Source: Pseudomonadota bacterium (GTDB lineage: Bacteria > UBA10199 > 2-02-FULL-44-16 > JAAZCA01). From it: 47,678 bases of DNA. The position numbers were made by a program, and so were the translations under genes. The stretch spans positions 1-47,678 of the forward strand of contig JBDRBN010000019.1 in the NCBI GenBank assembly GCA_043822785.1. The letters are read 5' to 3'. The stretch's first letter is position 1; each line of letters opens with the position of its first letter. Below are positions 44,722-47,678 of this stretch, one piece after another. The notes under the pieces are model-generated. The model made no database searches. It was not told the origin of the DNA and saw nothing but the letters and a program-made list of their open reading frames with translations.

Positions 44722-47678
44722 TTATCCTGCTTTAAATGTGCAAGCGATCAATTTCCATTTGAAACCAAACTCAGGATCGACTTTTTCTTTATTCCAGTCA
44801 ACTGATTGCATAGCTTTGCCAACAGTGTAATTCCGAAGCGCATCATCGCTTTGCTTCTGAGCATACCCGGCGTGGGAGGAACTTGTTAAATAATCTCCTA
44901 CCTCAATATCGCCGTTTTTGTCAGTCACCAAAATAAAACCATCACCAACAGCATTTATTAGATGTATAGTTTTATCGCCAACTTTAGTCTCGCCGCCGTA
45001 AACACCGATGACACGTTTGTCATTGGGTATATTGCTCTTGGCCACGCCATAGAGGGTTTCTCCCTTTCCAAACTCGCGATCATAAATTGTCTTGTTATCA
45101 CCGCTGGCAATCAACAATTCTCCTTTCTTGAAAATTGGCTTTCCATCGCACCAACCGTAGTGAGAACCTGTAAAGGCGTTATATGAGACAACCCCACCAG
45201 CCACGGTGATATTTCCTTGTACAGCATCTGCAACCTCAAAATCGACCAACGTGCCATCTGCAGCTATGTTCAGAGCCAATTTGCTTCCAGGATCTGCGGT
45301 TCCGATGCCGACGTTGCCATTCTGTTGGAACACCACCTTGTCCCCCGAACCGGCTGCCGTGCGAAACTTCAACTTGCCGTCGTCGTCGTCAAGCCTCATA
45401 TCCCATCTATTGGTGGCATTTTGTGTCTGCAAACTCAGGGCTGAATAAGAGGACGCCGCTTCTGTTCTGATATGAAGCGTGGCAGAATCGAATTTATAGA
45501 TATCAAGCGTGGCTCCGGGCGTTCCTGCACCGATGCCGACTAAACCCGTCTCCACGATCAATCCGTTGTTACGCACATCTGAGTGACCGTTGCTGTCGAA
45601 CGATGTGTTGATGTATAGGGCGGTCAGGATGTCGTTGTCCGCCGAAGCAGTCAAGGTCTGATCTAATACGATTCCTCTCGCCACACCGCCAGATGCGGTG
45701 ATGTCCTTTTGTATGTCGAGTGCGGCCGCCCCGGGCGTCGATGTCCCGATGCCCAACTTGGCATCCAGTATGTTCACTTCATCTGTTGCCTGATCATCGA
45801 ACTCGATCCTGCCTGCTGCTACGCCAAGTCCAAGCCAGTTGCCGCTGGCGCTGGCATCGGCAAAGGCGTCGCCAGATGTCATCGAGCCGACTGCCGTGAT
45901 ATCGCCAGTGCCTTGCGATGTAAGATCAACCCAGCTTGTGCCATTGTAAACATAGAGCTTGTCATCATCTGAGTCGTAGTAAACATTTCCCTCTGATGCC
46001 GTGGCGCTGGAAACAGGCGTATATAGCACTTGGCCGCCGGATACAGTTACTTTGCCGGATACAGTTAGATTGCCCGTGGTTCCGGCATCTGCAATGGATA
46101 GCAGGCTGTTTAAAGCATCGTCGGCAAAAGTAAGTGTACCAGTATTGCCTATTGTAATGGTTGGAGTGGTGTCGCGCAGACGGATGTCCTGATCCCAGCC
46201 CGTGCCGATTGCAAGAGCAAACTCATTGGCGCCGCCGGTTGTGATGTTGTTTACGTGTAGAGCGGCTACCGTTCCTGCCGAGGATGTGCCTGTGGGTTGA
46301 ATGTTGATGCCGCGCACCCCGTCCAGTGCATCAGCATTTGTCGCCAAAGTAACGTTAACGGCATTGAACGCATCCGATCCCGCATCAGCACTTACGGCCT
46401 GCGTAATATCCAGCCAGTTCATTCCTGTCGTAGTTGGCTGCCCACTGTTGGTAATATCCAGCAGATCGGCTGTCGGGACTGCGCTTGCCGCTATGTCTGC
46501 CGTGTCTGCAACTAATGAATCTATGTTTGCAGTGCCGTCGATAAATAGATCCCTAAACTCATGGGTTCCATCGCCCAGGTCTATGGTATCATCAACGCCT
46601 GGCAGTAGTGCTGTATTGATAGCTACAGCAGCCAGGTTGTCTAATGCCGTACTAGCTCCGCCGCCAGCGGTCAGGTCGACCCAGCTTGTGCCATTGTAAA
46701 CGTAAAGCTTGTTAACGTCAGAGTCATAATAGATGTTACCTGCGCTCTCTGTAGCAGAGGCGATTGGTGTAAGCATAAGTTCGCCGCCGCTTACTGCAAC
46801 ATCGCCCCCGGTGGTGAGCGAGCCGTCTATTATGAGATCGCCATCAGTTTCAAAGAGCACTTCTGTATCTGCTGCAGCGTCAACGTTGGATCTCATGGTA
46901 AGAAAATACTCGCCGCTGGTTCCGGCTTCGCCTACATCAAAGAGTATTAGACTATCGCCTGCGCCAAGGCTGTCGTCATAATCCCTTTGTTTTTCGTTCA
47001 TGACAAAGGTGCCTGTGCCGACGCTCATCTGGCCTGTGCCGCTGACTTGGAATTGAGCGTTGAAAACTTCGGTTGTGCCAGCTAGCGTGATTTGTGTGGA
47101 AGGCTCAAGCCTCAGCGCACCAGTGGAGTTTGTCCATCTGGCATTTGTGCCATCAAAATAAAGATGGCTGTCTTGGTCATCGCCCAGATGTATTCTATCA
47201 TTATCGCCGATATACATGCCGCCGATCTCTGATGTTGCAGTGCCCAAGGTGCCAACGTTGATTATATTGTTTCCGCCGACATTTAGATTTCCTGTCATGG
47301 CTACAGAACCGTCAGCCATAAAGTCGCCGGTGCCCGACCCCAACTCCTGCCAAGCAGCGCCGTTATAGACCCAAAGTTTATCAACATCGGTTTCCCAGAA
47401 GATGTCGCCCTCTTGGCTGCTCGTAACCGTGGGCACGCCTGTGTGCTGTGGGAGGTTTAGGGCAGGGTGGTTTTCTGTAGTCCAGTCGCCTGCCTCAAAT
47501 GCCATGCGGCCGTCATCGGTAAAATATGCATTGTTTGAACCATCGCCAAAGTTGAAATCGAACGTCTCACTATCAATGCGCATCTCGGCATCTGGGGTGA
47601 TCGTGTCAGCCAGCTGAATGCCATCGATCGAGTCATCAGCCACCTTTGTACCTGCTGCGCTCCTAGCTATTGTAGAGC
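44722..47678 (-). CDS. 3' part of a large fibre/adhesin-like protein with a putative intramolecular chaperone (peptidase G2/S74-like) C-terminus
   Basis: Frame is open to the window edge; G/A/T/D-rich; repeated GNIYYDSD..KLYVYNGTSWVDLT and GNVGIGT motifs; YNAFTGSH...NGDIEVGDYLTSS..GYAQKQ...TVGKA. Confidence 0.75.
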   Translation of the reverse strand, partial: STIARSAAGTKVADDSIDGIQLADTITPDAEMRIDSETFDFNFGDGSNNAYFTDDGRMAFEAGDWTTENHPALNLPQHTGVPTVTSSQEGDIFWETDVDKLWVYNGAAWQELGSGTGDFMADGSVAMTGNLNVGGNNIINVGTLGTATSEIGGMYIGDNDRIHLGDDQDSHLYFDGTNARWTNSTGALRLEPSTQITLAGTTEVFNAQFQVSGTGQMSVGTGTFVMNEKQRDYDDSLGAGDSLILFDVGEAGTSGEYFLTMRSNVDAAADTEVLFETDGDLIIDGSLTTGGDVAVSGGELMLTPIASATESAGNIYYDSDVNKLYVYNGTSWVDLTAGGGASTALDNLAAVAINTALLPGVDDTIDLGDGTHEFRDLFIDGTANIDSLVADTADIAASAVPTADLLDITNSGQPTTTGMNWLDITQAVSADAGSDAFNAVNVTLATNADALDGVRGINIQPTGTSSAGTVAALHVNNITTGGANEFALAIGTGWDQDIRLRDTTPTITIGNTGTLTFADDALNSLLSIADAGTTGNLTVSGKVTVSGGQVLYTPVSSATASEGNVYYDSDDDKLYVYNGTSWVDLTSQGTGDITAVGSMTSGDAFADASASGNWLGLGVAAGRIEFDDQATDEVNILDAKLGIGTSTPGAAALDIQKDITASGGVARGIVLDQTLTASADNDILTALYINTSFDSNGHSDVRNNGLIVETGLVGIGAGTPGATLDIYKFDSATLHIRTEAASSYSALSLQTQNATNRWDMRLDDDDGKLKFRTAAGSGDKVVFQQNGNVGIGTADPGSKLALNIAADGTLVDFEVADAVQGNITVAGGVVSYNAFTGSHYGWCDGKPIFKKGELLIASGDNKTIYDREFGKGETLYGVAKSNIPNDKRVIGVYGGETKVGDKTIHLINAVGDGFILVTDKNGDIEVGDYLTSSSHAGYAQKQSDDALRNYTVGKAMQSVDWNKEKVDPEFGFKWKLIACTFKAG

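Noticed and set aside
44722..47678. Prophage
   Set aside because: No capsid, terminase, portal or integrase genes inside the window; cannot be excluded beyond the edge.

Overview
Bacterial chromosomal window that looks Deltaproteobacteria/Myxococcota-like (inferred from gene content only). Housekeeping genes (ald, coaX, tadA, udg, split coaC/coaB, MgtE-N/Nramp pair, SpoIID/LytB, ECF S component, two tRNA-Ser) are interleaved with large orphan, secreted or lipoprotein genes. The intergenic DNA is rich in small palindromic elements. Most notable: (1) a tRNA-Ser locus where both tRNA genes have the same 59-nt hairpin abutting their 5' end, a hairpin that pairs with their 3' end, and a downstream duplicate of their 3' end, one of which brackets a lone GIY-YIG nuclease with no integrase; (2) a sugar-binding protein-TM-winged-helix/TPR fusion divergent from a lipoprotein plus TSP3-repeat operon, with a perfect 16-bp palindrome between them; (3) a bacterial homolog of the archaeal tetraether lipid synthase (Tes/GDGT-MAS); (4) a recurring GCAAC-N14-GCCGATAA sigma28-like promoter upstream of five mostly orphan or signalling genes; (5) a coupled ParB-like plus SPL-family radical SAM pair; (6) an IS200 end truncating an AlbA_2 gene and a 215-bp MITE with 18-bp TIRs and an 8-bp target duplication; (7) the 3' part of a large fibre-like protein. 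All family assignments come from motif recognition by eye; no database searches were run.
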